Source of the DNA: a virus
Lineage: Duplodnaviria; Caudoviricetes
Strand: one strand, 5' to 3'
Virus record (IMG/VR): IMGVR_UViG_3300012973_001074
Span: 32,001-96,000 of that record
Length of the DNA: 64,000 nt
A model generated the notes under the pieces. The model was not told the DNA's origin, did not search any database, and saw nothing but the letters and a program-made list of their open reading frames with translations. Position 1 is the stretch's first letter. The number at the start of each line of letters is the position of its first letter. Made by a program: the position numbers and the translations under genes. Shown one piece after another: positions 28,443 through 37,900 of the stretch.

Positions 28443-28754
28443 CTATTTCGGCGCGTTCAGCGGGCGGCGGCGCATCCGCTCGATGCGTCGCCGCGTCTGT
28501 TCGAGTCCCCGCGAGATAGCCCTCCGCCGATCGTCAGGGCTGAGAACGCGAAAGGAGGCAGCACCGGTCGGCGGAGGAGTCTCAGAGATGCGCCGCGTCG
28601 GCGGTGGCTCGTCGTCGTCGCGGCAGCCGACGAGAGCGCGGAAGCCTGGGGTGCACGGGTCGCGCGCGTCGCACGAGAGCGCGAAGCCTGCGCCGCTTTC
28701 CGGCCCGCACGTGCAGTCCTCGCCCATGTCGCAAGTGAGCGCGTGGACCTTCAC
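28443..28754 (-). CDS. Small Cys-rich hypothetical protein
   Basis: GTG start overlapping the TerL stop (GTGA); HALTCDMGEDCTC. Confidence 0.45.
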   Translation of the reverse strand: MKVHALTCDMGEDCTCGPESGAGFALSCDARDPCTPGFRALVGCRDDDEPPPTRRISETPPPTGAASFRVLSPDDRRRAISRGLEQTRRRIERMRRRPLNAPK

Positions 28755-30139
28755 GTGCCGGTCCTCTTGCCCAGCGCTTCGACCATCGGGTTGACCGTCG
28801 AGCAGGCATGCAGCGCCAGGGCGAGGGCCCAGGCTCGGTCGCCGTGCCCTTCGCTCGTGCGCGGCGTCTCGTACTTGACGTTGCCTGCGCTCGTAATGAC
28901 GCGCTTGATCGACGCGAGCTCCTTGCGGAGAAGCTCGGCGGTCTTCGGCTCGGCGAACGGAAGGACCTTGTCCTCGGCGGGGAGCCGGACGTTCTTCGCC
29001 GCGGTCGCCGCGTACAGGCCCGTCGCGAGCTCCTCTTTCATGTTCGGAGTGAAGTCGACGAGCTCGACGCGCGGGCGACGGTGCGGGACGTCGATCCTCT
29101 CCGAGTGCTTCCTCTTGATGCGTTCGGCCGGGAAGTAGCCGAGGCCCGTAGAGTCGATGCAGAGGCGCTTGAGGTGGTACTTCTCGAAGGCGCGCGAGAC
29201 CATGGCCTCGAGCCCCTCGGAGTCGGTCCGCTTCATCGTCTCGACGTGGACGACGTAGCGGACGCCTCTCACGAGACGGACGACGAGCAGGACGGACAGG
29301 TCGACCTCGCGGCCGATGTCGAGGCCTGCGTAGTAGTCGCCGTACGCGAGGCCCGGAACGTCGTAGCTGACGCTGCAGGCCTTGATCTGGTCGGTCGGGA
29401 TGTACTGCAGCTCGTTGTCGAGGAACGAGCAGCGGAACATCTGCGCGAACAGGCGCGGGTCGCCCTTCGCCAGCTTCCAGCACTTGCGGAGATCGACTGG
29501 GTAGCCCTGCGAGATCGCGAGCTCGATCGGAATCGAGTGCGGGGCCCATCCGCTGTTCGGCTCGAGGGCCTTTTCCCAGAGGACATGGAAGTCGTTCCCG
29601 ATGCCGTTCGGCGTCGAGACGACCCGCATCTTGTAGCCGAGGAGCGTGACGGGCGCGGCCGCGTCCCAGACCTTGGCGGCGTGCTCCTGGTAGGCGAACT
29701 CGTCGAGGAAGACGTTGCCGGTGAAGCCGCGGCCACCGGAGGAGGGGAGCGCGAGGATCCTTCCGCCGCTCGCGAAGGTCAGCTCGTTCGAGTTGTCCTT
29801 GCGCCCGAAGCGCGCCATCTCGGAGCCCAGGGCCTGCAGCACCTGCGCGTGCTTGCGCGCCTTGTCGAGGACCTCGACGGCCTCGCGGTCGCCGACGGAG
29901 ATGACCGTGGTGAGCTCGCCGTGGAAGGCGCCCCAGAGAACGCCGACGGCGCTCGTCGTGTGCGAGGTGCCGATCTGGCGAGACTTGTTCGCGATCGCCG
30001 CGTCGTTCTGCTCGAACAGCCAGTCGCGCTGGAACGGGTAGAAGCTGCCGGCCCAGGCGGCGAGCGCCGAGAACTCACTCTCGGGGAGCGCTTGCTGGTA
30101 CTTCGCCAGCGCCTGCGCCGCTTGACTCGGAAGCCTCAT
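28751..30139 (-). CDS. terL: Terminase large subunit
   Basis: Start MRLPSQ (30139); KSRQIGTS (Walker A), RGFTGNVFLDEFA (Walker B), VSTPNG, GLDIG, HGDRAWALALA. Confidence 0.95.
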   Translation of the reverse strand: MRLPSQAAQALAKYQQALPESEFSALAAWAGSFYPFQRDWLFEQNDAAIANKSRQIGTSHTTSAVGVLWGAFHGELTTVISVGDREAVEVLDKARKHAQVLQALGSEMARFGRKDNSNELTFASGGRILALPSSGGRGFTGNVFLDEFAYQEHAAKVWDAAAPVTLLGYKMRVVSTPNGIGNDFHVLWEKALEPNSGWAPHSIPIELAISQGYPVDLRKCWKLAKGDPRLFAQMFRCSFLDNELQYIPTDQIKACSVSYDVPGLAYGDYYAGLDIGREVDLSVLLVVRLVRGVRYVVHVETMKRTDSEGLEAMVSRAFEKYHLKRLCIDSTGLGYFPAERIKRKHSERIDVPHRRPRVELVDFTPNMKEELATGLYAATAAKNVRLPAEDKVLPFAEPKTAELLRKELASIKRVITSAGNVKYETPRTSEGHGDRAWALALALHACSTVNPMVEALGKRTGT

Positions 30140-30695
30140 CCGGTGGTCCCTGCTGCTCGGGCGGCGGCGGCGGCGGTTGCTCGAGCCACGCGGGATCGAT
30201 GGGCGCCGGCGGGACCGTGACCTCGCCGACGGCGGGGCCTCGCGCGCCGTGCTCGCCGAAGAGCTCCCGCACGAGGCGGGCGGCCTCGACGACCGTGGGC
30301 GCGTCGCCCATGAGCGGGCCGCCGTTTGCGCCGGTGAGCTGCTGCTGTTTCGGCGCGTCGAGCCCGAGGTACGCGGAGATCCGCGTCTGGATGGCGAGCA
30401 TCCGGTCGATGGCGGCGAGCTCGCCACGCTGAGCGCGCTGGTAGAGACCGCCGCGCAGGACCGCTTCGAGCCTCGCGACCTCGATCCAGCGCTGCTCGTC
30501 GACCGTCTCGTTCGCCTCCTGCCGGAGTCGCTCGACTGCCTTGCGGAACACCTTGAAGGGACCGGACGCGTTCGCGTAGCCGAGCTCCTTCGCGATCATC
30601 GACCACGTGAGCCCGGCGCGCCGGCGCTGGATGATCGACTCTTCGAGCTCGAGGTTCGCGACCTCGCCCGCGTCACGCTTCGACGTGTTGCCCAT
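30075..30695 (-). CDS. terS: Terminase small subunit-like HTH protein
   Basis: RRAGLTWSMIAKELGY HTH, YLGLDAPKQQQLTGANGGP; overlaps the TerL start. Confidence 0.75.
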   Translation of the reverse strand: MGNTSKRDAGEVANLELEESIIQRRRAGLTWSMIAKELGYANASGPFKVFRKAVERLRQEANETVDEQRWIEVARLEAVLRGGLYQRAQRGELAAIDRMLAIQTRISAYLGLDAPKQQQLTGANGGPLMGDAPTVVEAARLVRELFGEHGARGPAVGEVTVPPAPIDPAWLEQPPPPPPEQQGPPDEASESSGAGAGEVPASAPRE

Positions 30696-31329
30696 CGGTT
30701 CGCTCGCGGTGCGCGGCGCCGAGTCCTTCGAAGACTATCGCCGTATACGTCTGCTTGTTCGAGCCCTTGCCCGTGCTGCCGCCGCTCGCGTTCCAGGCCT
30801 GCAGCGGGTGGACGTTCGAACGCGCGAAGAACGAGCGGATCGCCATCGGCGTGATCGCGACGTCGGCCTTGCGCCCGACCTTCAGCGACCCGAGACCGGA
30901 CAGGCTCGCGAGCGCGTGGCTCGCGAAGCCCCAGCGCGTCTTGAGGTCCGACCACGTGAGGATGACCGCGCCGCGTTCGCCCGCTTGCCAGGTGCGGCGC
31001 ACGCTGAGGATCGTGAGCTGCTCCCACGGCTCGCCGAACGCGTCGAGGTCGAAGACGTTGTACGCCTGGAGATCGATCGCGCGCATGACCGTGCGGTTGT
31101 CGCCGACGAAGCGCCGCCGCGGATCGAACGGCTCGTAGACCTCGTCGCATCCGACGTACGAGGCAGCGCGCTTCCAGACGGCTCGCCACATCTCGCCGCT
31201 CGGGCCGCAGTACGCATCGAACACATGGGCCGGCTTCACGTGCTCGAGCACGCTCATGCGCATGCCGACCTTCGCCCTGAGCGCGAGAGCGCCGTTGTGC
31301 TCTCCCTTGATCCGATCCGCGCGGCTCAT
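30673..31329 (-). CDS. SAM-dependent methyltransferase-like protein
   Basis: VFDAYCGPSG (motif I-like), YVGCDE, FDLDAFGEPW (motif IV-like). Confidence 0.6.
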   Translation of the reverse strand: MSRADRIKGEHNGALALRAKVGMRMSVLEHVKPAHVFDAYCGPSGEMWRAVWKRAASYVGCDEVYEPFDPRRRFVGDNRTVMRAIDLQAYNVFDLDAFGEPWEQLTILSVRRTWQAGERGAVILTWSDLKTRWGFASHALASLSGLGSLKVGRKADVAITPMAIRSFFARSNVHPLQAWNASGGSTGKGSNKQTYTAIVFEGLGAAHRERTDGQHVEA

Positions 31330-32024
31330 CCGGTACCGATCTGGACCTCGACGCCGTCGATGCCCGAGAGGTGCTCGCGGAGCGCGTCGAGCACGTCGGG
31401 CTGAGCGGGCAGGGGACCGCGCACGCTGATCCAGAACGTGACCCGTTCGAGCGCCTCGATGTCAACGGCGTGGACCTCGAGCTCGGAGGCCTCGACCTTC
31501 TCCGGTTCGAAGCCGGCGATCGCGCGGTCCTCGTCGTCGTAGCGCGCGAGGACCTCGTCGAGCCGCTTGCCGTCCCAGTCGGACAGCTCGTTCAAGCGGT
31601 TGTCGGCGAGCGCGTAGAGGTCGGCCTCCTCCTCGCTCGCGAAGTCGTGGAAGACGACGCGCACGAGCCCGGGGCCGGGTGCGCCCTTCGCCGTGAAGCC
31701 CGGTCCGTGCTGCTCGAGCAGCAGCCGGAAGGCGAGCAGGCGGGTGTCGCCGGCGACCATCCGCCCGGCCTTGCGCCAGACGACGATCGGATTGACGAAG
31801 CCGAAGCGCTCGATGCTCGCGGCGACGCGGGGGACGTTCGCCTCGTTGTCGCGCGGGTTCGACTCCCATCGCTTCAGCTCGGCGTGGGGGAGCCAGACGC
31901 TGTCGGAGTCCTGCACGGCCTTGGCCACGTTGGCGGTCTTGCCGCTCGGCGGGGCCACCACGTCGGGCGGGGTTGCCGGAGCGCCGCCGTTTCCTGCCGT
32001 ACGCTTTTCCGCCGCTCTCGCCAT
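31326..32024 (-). CDS. ParB/Srx N-terminal domain protein
   Basis: LKRWESNPR..VAASIERFGFVNPIVV..MVAGDTRL..LADNRLNELSDWD. Confidence 0.85.
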   Translation of the reverse strand: MARAAEKRTAGNGGAPATPPDVVAPPSGKTANVAKAVQDSDSVWLPHAELKRWESNPRDNEANVPRVAASIERFGFVNPIVVWRKAGRMVAGDTRLLAFRLLLEQHGPGFTAKGAPGPGLVRVVFHDFASEEEADLYALADNRLNELSDWDGKRLDEVLARYDDEDRAIAGFEPEKVEASELEVHAVDIEALERVTFWISVRGPLPAQPDVLDALREHLSGIDGVEVQIGTG

Positions 32025-32395
32025 GCGTGCGCTCGCTTGCGCTCTCGGTTCTCGCTGCAATGTCGCCAGGTTGCACTGCGACAAGGAGCCGGTGGACGGC
32101 GCCGCTGCATCAGCTCGGTCGTTTCCGACCTAAGCGCGACTCTGCGACGCCGCCCACCGAAGGAGAGGACCGTGAGCAATCGTGACGTGCCGTCGCAGCG
32201 GTGACGACGAACCGGCGGGCGCGGCCTTGCGACCGTGCCGGCTGCGCCCTTGCGAGCGCCCATATAAGAGAGCTGCGTCGAACGGCGCTAGTTGACCCTA
32301 GTTGCACTTATCACGCATCTCGGTCGCGTCGCTTTCGCGCGCGGGCTCGCGAGGGAAAACGCGGAGTCGGGCACATAGGAGCGCGAGCGCTTCGG

Positions 32396-32428
32396 GAACG
32401 GTTCGCCGAACGGTTCCCGGAACGGTTC
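32396..32428. repeat. Three GAACGGTTC units with 12-bp period
   Basis: Copies at 32396, 32408 and 32420 in the divergent late/early intergenic region. Confidence 0.7.
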
Positions 32429-32606
32429 CGGAGTCCCCGCAGAACCCGAAGAGCGCGCCCTTCGCGAAGAGGCGCCGTTCGCTTCTCAAGCGGGGAACAC
32501 GCACCGCACCGGTCGCGCGTCAAGCTCCCTGCGTGCTCTCGCTTCCGTGTCTGGCGACGAGAAACCGCGCACTTTCCAATGGTTGCGGGTGAACACCCAC
32601 CTATTT

Positions 32607-32657
32607 CGGACGTCCCGTCCGAATGTCGCTCGACATTGCCAATTAGCAACCCATAAT
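32607..32657 (+). promoter_or_regulatory. Operator (CGGAC-N5-GTCCG) + sigma70-like promoter (TCGACA...CATAAT) containing TGCCAATTAGCA
   Basis: Motifs read directly upstream of the 32707 gene. Confidence 0.6.
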
Positions 32658-32706
32658 GCTCAGTGTCTCCGGCGCGGAACGCCGGGGGCGAGGAGAAGTG
32701 AGCGAT

Positions 32707-33681
32707 ATGGCACGCAGGAAGTTTGCAGACATCAAGGCCGCCAACGACGCCGCGCGAGAAGCGCTCATCCAGGCCGCGGGTAAGCCCGGCCTCGCGAAGA
32801 CGAGCGGCGACCATCTCGGTGACCTCGCGTGGTGGGACCCGGTGTTCGGTTGGAAGGGCCCGGTCGCGGACGTCGCGGCCGTCTTCCGCAAGCACGGTTT
32901 CGATCCGGACCAGGTCCTGCCGGCGAGCCCGGACTGGCCGGTGGCCTTCGGCCGCGCGGTGACCCACGTGCGCGGCGGTCTGCGCGATCGCGACTACCTC
33001 CTGACCGATGCGGCCAACGGTCCGAATGGCGAGCGGCGCGTCGCGGTCGTGAAGGTCGAGCGAAACAGCAAGGTCTCGACCACGCACGAGGGCTCGATCG
33101 TCTGCCCGAAAGACGGCGCGAAGCCCTACGTCGAGCAGGAAGATCCGGCCGGCATCGCCTCCGAGGTCATCGCGGCGGCGGGCAACTACTTCGGCCGCTA
33201 CATCTCGGACGACGTTCGAACAGCGGTCGTCGAGACCTTCGAACGGCACGCGGCGATGCCTTGCCGGGCACGCATCCCTTACATCGTTTACTGGATGCCT
33301 CCGTCGGGCGGCGACGTCCTGCGCCGGCTCGCGGACGCGGTCGAGGAGTGCGGCTGGGGCCGCATCGAGCTCTTCGCCGGGTACGTCAGCGACGAGCGCT
33401 CGAAGCGCGCGTGCGTGAACGCGGTCAACGATGGCCTGGAGAGCAAGCTCAAGGCCTTCGGTGAGGAGGTCGCGAAGTACGCCGGCCAGGACCCGGAGCG
33501 GACCCGCGCGAAGACGATCGAGGCGAAGCTCGACGACGCCAAGAAGCTCCGCGCCCAGGGCGCCCTCTACCGCACGATCCTCGGCGCGGCGGTCGAGAGC
33601 ATCGACGAACGCATGACCGCGATCGAGAACTCCCTGAAGGAGACACTCGGTCTGGTCGAGGCGGCCCACGCCGCGGAGTGA
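32707..33681 (+). CDS. DUF6744-like phage/plasmid protein
   Basis: Start MARRKF with GAGGAG SD; LGDLAWW..AFGRAV..VYWMP pattern and C-terminal coiled coil. Confidence 0.6.
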   Translation: MARRKFADIKAANDAAREALIQAAGKPGLAKTSGDHLGDLAWWDPVFGWKGPVADVAAVFRKHGFDPDQVLPASPDWPVAFGRAVTHVRGGLRDRDYLLTDAANGPNGERRVAVVKVERNSKVSTTHEGSIVCPKDGAKPYVEQEDPAGIASEVIAAAGNYFGRYISDDVRTAVVETFERHAAMPCRARIPYIVYWMPPSGGDVLRRLADAVEECGWGRIELFAGYVSDERSKRACVNAVNDGLESKLKAFGEEVAKYAGQDPERTRAKTIEAKLDDAKKLRAQGALYRTILGAAVESIDERMTAIENSLKETLGLVEAAHAAE

Positions 33682-33716
33682 GGGGGCCCGGCTCGGGCCG
33701 CGCGGGGTGCGCGGCC

Positions 33717-33760
33717 CCTGAGGTCGACCGGGAAGCGGGCGCTTCGCGGTCGACCTCAGG
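33717..33760 (+). terminator. Strong intergenic hairpin
   Basis: CCTGAGGTCGACCG...CGGTCGACCTCAGG inverted repeat; no U-tract. Confidence 0.4.
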
Positions 33761-33770
33761 GAGAGACCCA

Positions 33771-34136
33771 ATGGCAACAACGAGAAGTGAAGAGCTGACT
33801 CACGAGGTCACCACGATCGCGACTCAGCTCGCGAAGGCTCGGTCGGACGTCACGCTTCGCGAGGTCCTGAACCTCGTGGTGCGCTCCGACGGCGGAATGC
33901 GCCGGGAGTTCTTCCGGGTGCGCCTCGTCATCCGTTCGAACAGCTACCGCGACCAATGCTCCGCGCAGATCGATGTCTGGCGCGGCCAGTGGCACGAGGT
34001 GCATTCGATCGAGCCCGAATGCATGAACACCGCGGCCAAGCTCAGTAGCGACGCCTCGGTCAGAGGCGAGGCCTTCGCCCTGGATCGCGCCGAGCTGCTC
34101 CGCGTGGCGGCGGCGGTCCTTCACGTGGAGCGCTGA
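33771..34136 (+). CDS. Hypothetical phage protein
   Basis: Start MATTRSEE with GGAG SD. Confidence 0.6.
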   Translation: MATTRSEELTHEVTTIATQLAKARSDVTLREVLNLVVRSDGGMRREFFRVRLVIRSNSYRDQCSAQIDVWRGQWHEVHSIEPECMNTAAKLSSDASVRGEAFALDRAELLRVAAAVLHVER

Positions 34137-34138
34137 CC

Positions 34139-34531
34139 ATGAACGCCGATCGCAAACAGCTCGAATCGCTCGTCTGGCGTCACACGCATCGGGACTTCAA
34201 GGGCAAGCGCGAGGACGGCACCCGCTGCGTCAATCATCTCGTGCCGGAGTACGGGACCTGCTCGGTCCCGCTCGCGTCGCTCACCGATGCCGAGCTGCTC
34301 GGAAAGCTCCCGGCGCGTGTCCGCGCTGAGGTACGCGCGGAGCCCGACCGGCTCGAGTACCAGGAGCACGATCGCGAGCGCGCGATCGCGGACGTCGCCC
34401 GGATGCTCCGCTCGCCGATGCTCATCGCGTCCTCGCCCGATCGCCATGTCGCAATCGAGCTGGCGTACTTCCACAAGGTCACCGCGGCCGAGCTGCTCGA
34501 GCACGCCTGTGAGAGGGGAGGGCGCGCATGA
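34139..34531 (+). CDS. Hypothetical phage protein
   Basis: Tightly packed in operon. Confidence 0.6.
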   Translation: MNADRKQLESLVWRHTHRDFKGKREDGTRCVNHLVPEYGTCSVPLASLTDAELLGKLPARVRAEVRAEPDRLEYQEHDRERAIADVARMLRSPMLIASSPDRHVAIELAYFHKVTAAELLEHACERGGRA

Positions 34532-34863
34532 AGCGGATCCGCGTCGCGCTCTGGATCGACGTTCCGAGCGAGTATGACCGGAGCGAGGCGGCCGCCGACC
34601 TCGCGCGGCTTTTGCCCGAGGGATGGTGCGCCGTCTCCGGTGAGACGGCCGACGCTCCGTGGTACCGGACCGAGGACGAGGTCGACAGCATCTGCCCGAG
34701 CTGCGGGTTCACGGTGCCCGAGCACGGGCCCTCGTGTCTGACGCGACGGCGCCCGACGCCCGAGCCCCCGGCGGGGCGCGTGGTGCTGGAGTCGCCGATC
34801 TCCTGCGGACGCTGCGAGGACCCGCTCTGCCAGGGCGGGCTCTGCCAGGCCCAGGCCCGATGA
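34528..34863 (+). CDS. Hypothetical Cys-rich (Zn-finger-like) protein
   Basis: ATGA overlap; CPSC, CGRC motifs. Confidence 0.5.
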   Translation: MKRIRVALWIDVPSEYDRSEAAADLARLLPEGWCAVSGETADAPWYRTEDEVDSICPSCGFTVPEHGPSCLTRRRPTPEPPAGRVVLESPISCGRCEDPLCQGGLCQAQAR

Positions 34864-35000
34864 GCGCGCTCTGCAGCTGCGTCGGCTGCGCCGGAGACGC
34901 GGCCCGGGGCGGGGTGTGCCGGCGCTGCGCCTCTCGCGGCTGCGGGCCAGACGAGCCGCGGTGCGGTGAACCATGGGACCGAGAACCAACGGAGGATCGA

Positions 35001-35516
35001 GTGAGCAAGCTGCGCGTCGTCGTCTGCAATTCCGGAGAGCTCCCTGTCGAGCGCGAGATCGAGCACTCGCTCGAGTCGCTGCAGGCCATCGTCGGAGGCA
35101 GCCTCCAGCTCGTTCCGCTCGCCGGCGGTGGGCGGCTGCGAGGGCTCGACGTCTTCGTGAACGAGGAGGGCCGCTATCTGGAGCTCCCGTTCAATCGCGT
35201 CGTCGGCGGCCACGTCATCCTCGGTCCGATCCTTGTCTCGAAGGCGAACGCTCGCGGCGACCAGATCCCGCTAACGCCGGACGACGTTGCGAGCGCCATC
35301 GCGGCGCTCGGCGCCGAGCAGGTCGCGATCGTCGACGCGGAGGGCGCGCTCCTCGCGGTCCGCGCGCGCGGCCAGTGGCTCTGCCCCTACGGCGGGACGT
35401 TCACCGCGCGAGAGCTGCGCAACCTGGATGCGCTCGTCGCCGGCGAGATCGACGCGGCGAGTCTCGGGCTCCGCGTCCACCGCACGCCGACGATCGCTTC
35501 TCCAGTCACGTCATGA
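35001..35516 (+). CDS. DUF3846-like protein
   Basis: GGAGG SD + GTG (alternative start 34860); SLESLQAIVGG..VNEEG..LPFNR..ILGPILV. Confidence 0.75.
   Translation: MSKLRVVVCNSGELPVEREIEHSLESLQAIVGGSLQLVPLAGGGRLRGLDVFVNEEGRYLELPFNRVVGGHVILGPILVSKANARGDQIPLTPDDVASAIAALGAEQVAIVDAEGALLAVRARGQWLCPYGGTFTARELRNLDALVAGEIDAASLGLRVHRTPTIASPVTS
35457..35482 (+). repeat. 26-bp direct repeat, left copy
   Basis: GCGAGTCTCGGGCTCCGCGTCCACCG, identical at 39828-39853. Confidence 0.85.
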
Positions 35517-35690
35517 CGTTCTTCGCCCATGGCCGACCAGTCGGCCGGCAGGCAGCTCGGCTGCGTGAAAAGAAGCGTTCGACACTCCGTGCGCGCGAGG
35601 CCGGTCCTCGCCACCGACCGCACCCGCAGTCGCATCCAACGGTGCCGCACCCCCGACTGCACGACGGATGCAGGCTCGACGTGATGCGCT

Positions 35691-36800
35691 CTACTGCAGC
35701 TTCACGACTGGATGAGCGCGTGGTTGAGGCGCACCAGGAAAGGCCGCGAAACACACGCGATCGCCGACAACGACCGTATCCCCGTACACGCTAACCGTGT
35801 GGAAGAAGATCTCTCGCCCCTTGGCATCGTTGATGAACCCGAACGCATACGGGCCGAAGGGGAGGCTGCGGACGACTCCTTCTTGCCGAGGAGCAGACGA
35901 GTAGCAAAGCGCACTGCACGCTGCGCTTAGCTCGTCTGCGGTCAAGCGCGCCTCGGGATCGACCACGACGCACTTCAGAACGAGCTGATACAGCTCGTCG
36001 ATGAGCGGAGCGAATTGGGGCTTACGGCGCGCGAGGGGAAATGGCGGGACCTTGCCTTCGAGGATGAGCGGGACAGCCTTGAGACCACTGCCAAATGGCT
36101 TCGTCCCCGTGAGCAGTTCGTAACAGATCGCCCCCAGGGCCCAGACGTCAGTCGGTTTCCCGCTCTTGCTGGGGGTCTTGATCATCTCGGGAGACATGTA
36201 CGGGAGCGCTCCAACCGCCGTCTGGCTCGCCGTCAGCGATTGGTCGTCTTCGGCCGCTGCCTTCAGCTCTTCTTCGGCCATCTTCGCGATACCGAAGTCG
36301 GTGATCTTCACGACGGCCAACGACAAGCCCGGCGAGACCATGATGTTGCTCGGCTTCAGGTCGCGATGCACGACGTCGACGTGGTGCGATGCGGCAACTC
36401 CGTGCGCGAGGTAATGTAGAATGTGCGCGACGAGGTACGGATCCATCAGGGGCAGCCGAACGCGCAGGTCATGCAGGTCCTGTCCCTCGATGAACTCTTC
36501 AATGAGGTACGAACGTCCGCCGTCCTCAAAGTAATCGAGGGTCTTGGCTGCGTTCGGGTGGTTCACCTTGGCGCTCAGCAACGCGCTTCGCTTGAAGCGG
36601 CGCTCCGCCGAAGCATTCTTGGGCACCTTGAGCGCGACCACTCGATCCAGCGTCTGATCGAGCGCCTTGTAGACCTCCTGCATGCCGCCGGCCCCGATGG
36701 AGCCAACGACCTCGTACCGACCACCGAGAACCTCGCCGACCTGATGGATCGCGTTCTCGCGTCGGCGCGCAGGGGGGATGTTGGGCGGAGTCGTGCTCAC
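35691..36800 (-). CDS. pfkA: Ser/Thr protein kinase with C-terminal cold-shock (OB) domain, KKP-module kinase
   Basis: IGAGGM, VALK, HRDLKPSN, DFG, YMSPE; C-terminal FGFI..EIFFH..GDRVCF. Symbol assigned from recalled domain architecture. Confidence 0.8.
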   Translation of the reverse strand: MSTTPPNIPPARRRENAIHQVGEVLGGRYEVVGSIGAGGMQEVYKALDQTLDRVVALKVPKNASAERRFKRSALLSAKVNHPNAAKTLDYFEDGGRSYLIEEFIEGQDLHDLRVRLPLMDPYLVAHILHYLAHGVAASHHVDVVHRDLKPSNIMVSPGLSLAVVKITDFGIAKMAEEELKAAAEDDQSLTASQTAVGALPYMSPEMIKTPSKSGKPTDVWALGAICYELLTGTKPFGSGLKAVPLILEGKVPPFPLARRKPQFAPLIDELYQLVLKCVVVDPEARLTADELSAACSALCYSSAPRQEGVVRSLPFGPYAFGFINDAKGREIFFHTVSVYGDTVVVGDRVCFAAFPGAPQPRAHPVVKLQ

Positions 36801-37900
36801 GGGACGACGACCTCCGGGCGCGAGATGTCGACGGTGACGAAAAGGCGCTGGTTGCCCGGCCCGACGCTACCGAGCGTGAGGACGCAGCTCTCGGGTATGC
36901 GCATGTTGACTGTGACGGGGACGTTGTTGAGGTACACGTCTCCCGCCGCCGCGGTGACGAAAAAGCCGAGGCCGTCATAGTTGATTGTGACGGTGCCGAG
37001 ACCTGGCTTCTGCACGACTACGGAGCGACGGGTCGCATCGCACGTGTAGGAGCCACCCGTGTGCGTCAGCAATGCGCGGTGCTGGCCTTCGACGAGGTGA
37101 GCCTCGAGCAGCGCACGGACGTCACGCATGTTCGGTCGGCTAGCCGGGTCCGAGCTGAGGCACGCGTCGAGCAACGGGCAGACTGCCGCGGGGATCGACA
37201 TCGCGAGTGTTCCGAACCCTCGCGCTTGCACCCATGCATCGGGCCGCGGTGGTCTCTCGAGCAGCTCCGCGGATGGCTTGCCCTTCGCGAGACAGATCGC
37301 GGTGACAGCGAATGCGTACACATCCACGGCCTTGGTGAACCGCACGATGCCGGTCGTGTGTAGCTCCGGCGCCGTGAAGCCGTCCGTCCCGACGTAGCCA
37401 CGCGTTTGCGCGTCCTGGTCCTCGTCCGCGCGCGCGAGGCCGAAGTCGAAGATTTTGAGGATGTTCTCTTGGTCGTAGCGAACGTTGTTCGGCTTGATGT
37501 CGCGGTGGATGCGGTCCTGGGCGTGGATGTCCTCGAGGCCGCGCGCGAGCTGATAGAGCACGCGCAGGAACTGCTCCGGCGTTGGCGCCGTCTTCCAGAA
37601 GCCGGAGAGATCGTTCCCAGGAAGGAACTCCTGCACGATCCCGATCTGGTTCCCGGGTTGGTGGATCACCACGTCGTAGAGCTGCACGACGTGCTTGGAC
37701 CGGATCGCCTGCAGCGCGCGAACCTCGTCGAGAACGCGACGTTTGTCTCGCCCCGGCAGGAGGAATTTGATCGCGACCCTGCGCTCGAGCTGCGGGTCAA
37801 TGCAAAACTCGACGGAGCCCATCCCGCCCGCAGCGGACGGCGTCCCGTCCGGAATGTATCGCCCCCCAAAGGCGGCCGTGTTCGACGCGATGCTGGTCAT
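36797..37900 (-). CDS. pfkB: Ser/Thr protein kinase with C-terminal FHA-like domain, KKP-module kinase
   Basis: GGMG, VAIK, HRDIKPNN, DFG, GTDGFTAPE; C-terminal GDVYLNN..CVLTLG. Symbol assigned from recalled domain architecture. Confidence 0.8.
   Translation of the reverse strand: MTSIASNTAAFGGRYIPDGTPSAAGGMGSVEFCIDPQLERRVAIKFLLPGRDKRRVLDEVRALQAIRSKHVVQLYDVVIHQPGNQIGIVQEFLPGNDLSGFWKTAPTPEQFLRVLYQLARGLEDIHAQDRIHRDIKPNNVRYDQENILKIFDFGLARADEDQDAQTRGYVGTDGFTAPELHTTGIVRFTKAVDVYAFAVTAICLAKGKPSAELLERPPRPDAWVQARGFGTLAMSIPAAVCPLLDACLSSDPASRPNMRDVRALLEAHLVEGQHRALLTHTGGSYTCDATRRSVVVQKPGLGTVTINYDGLGFFVTAAAGDVYLNNVPVTVNMRIPESCVLTLGSVGPGNQRLFVTVDISRPEVVVP

Noticed and set aside
1-32024. Tailocin / contractile injection system rather than phage
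   Set aside because: Terminase, portal, protease and capsid genes are all present
32396-32428. GAAC/GTTC repeats as LexA (SOS) boxes
   Set aside because: Spacing (GAAC-N1-GTTC, 12-bp period) does not match GAAC-N4-GTTC or GTTC-N7-GTTC boxes
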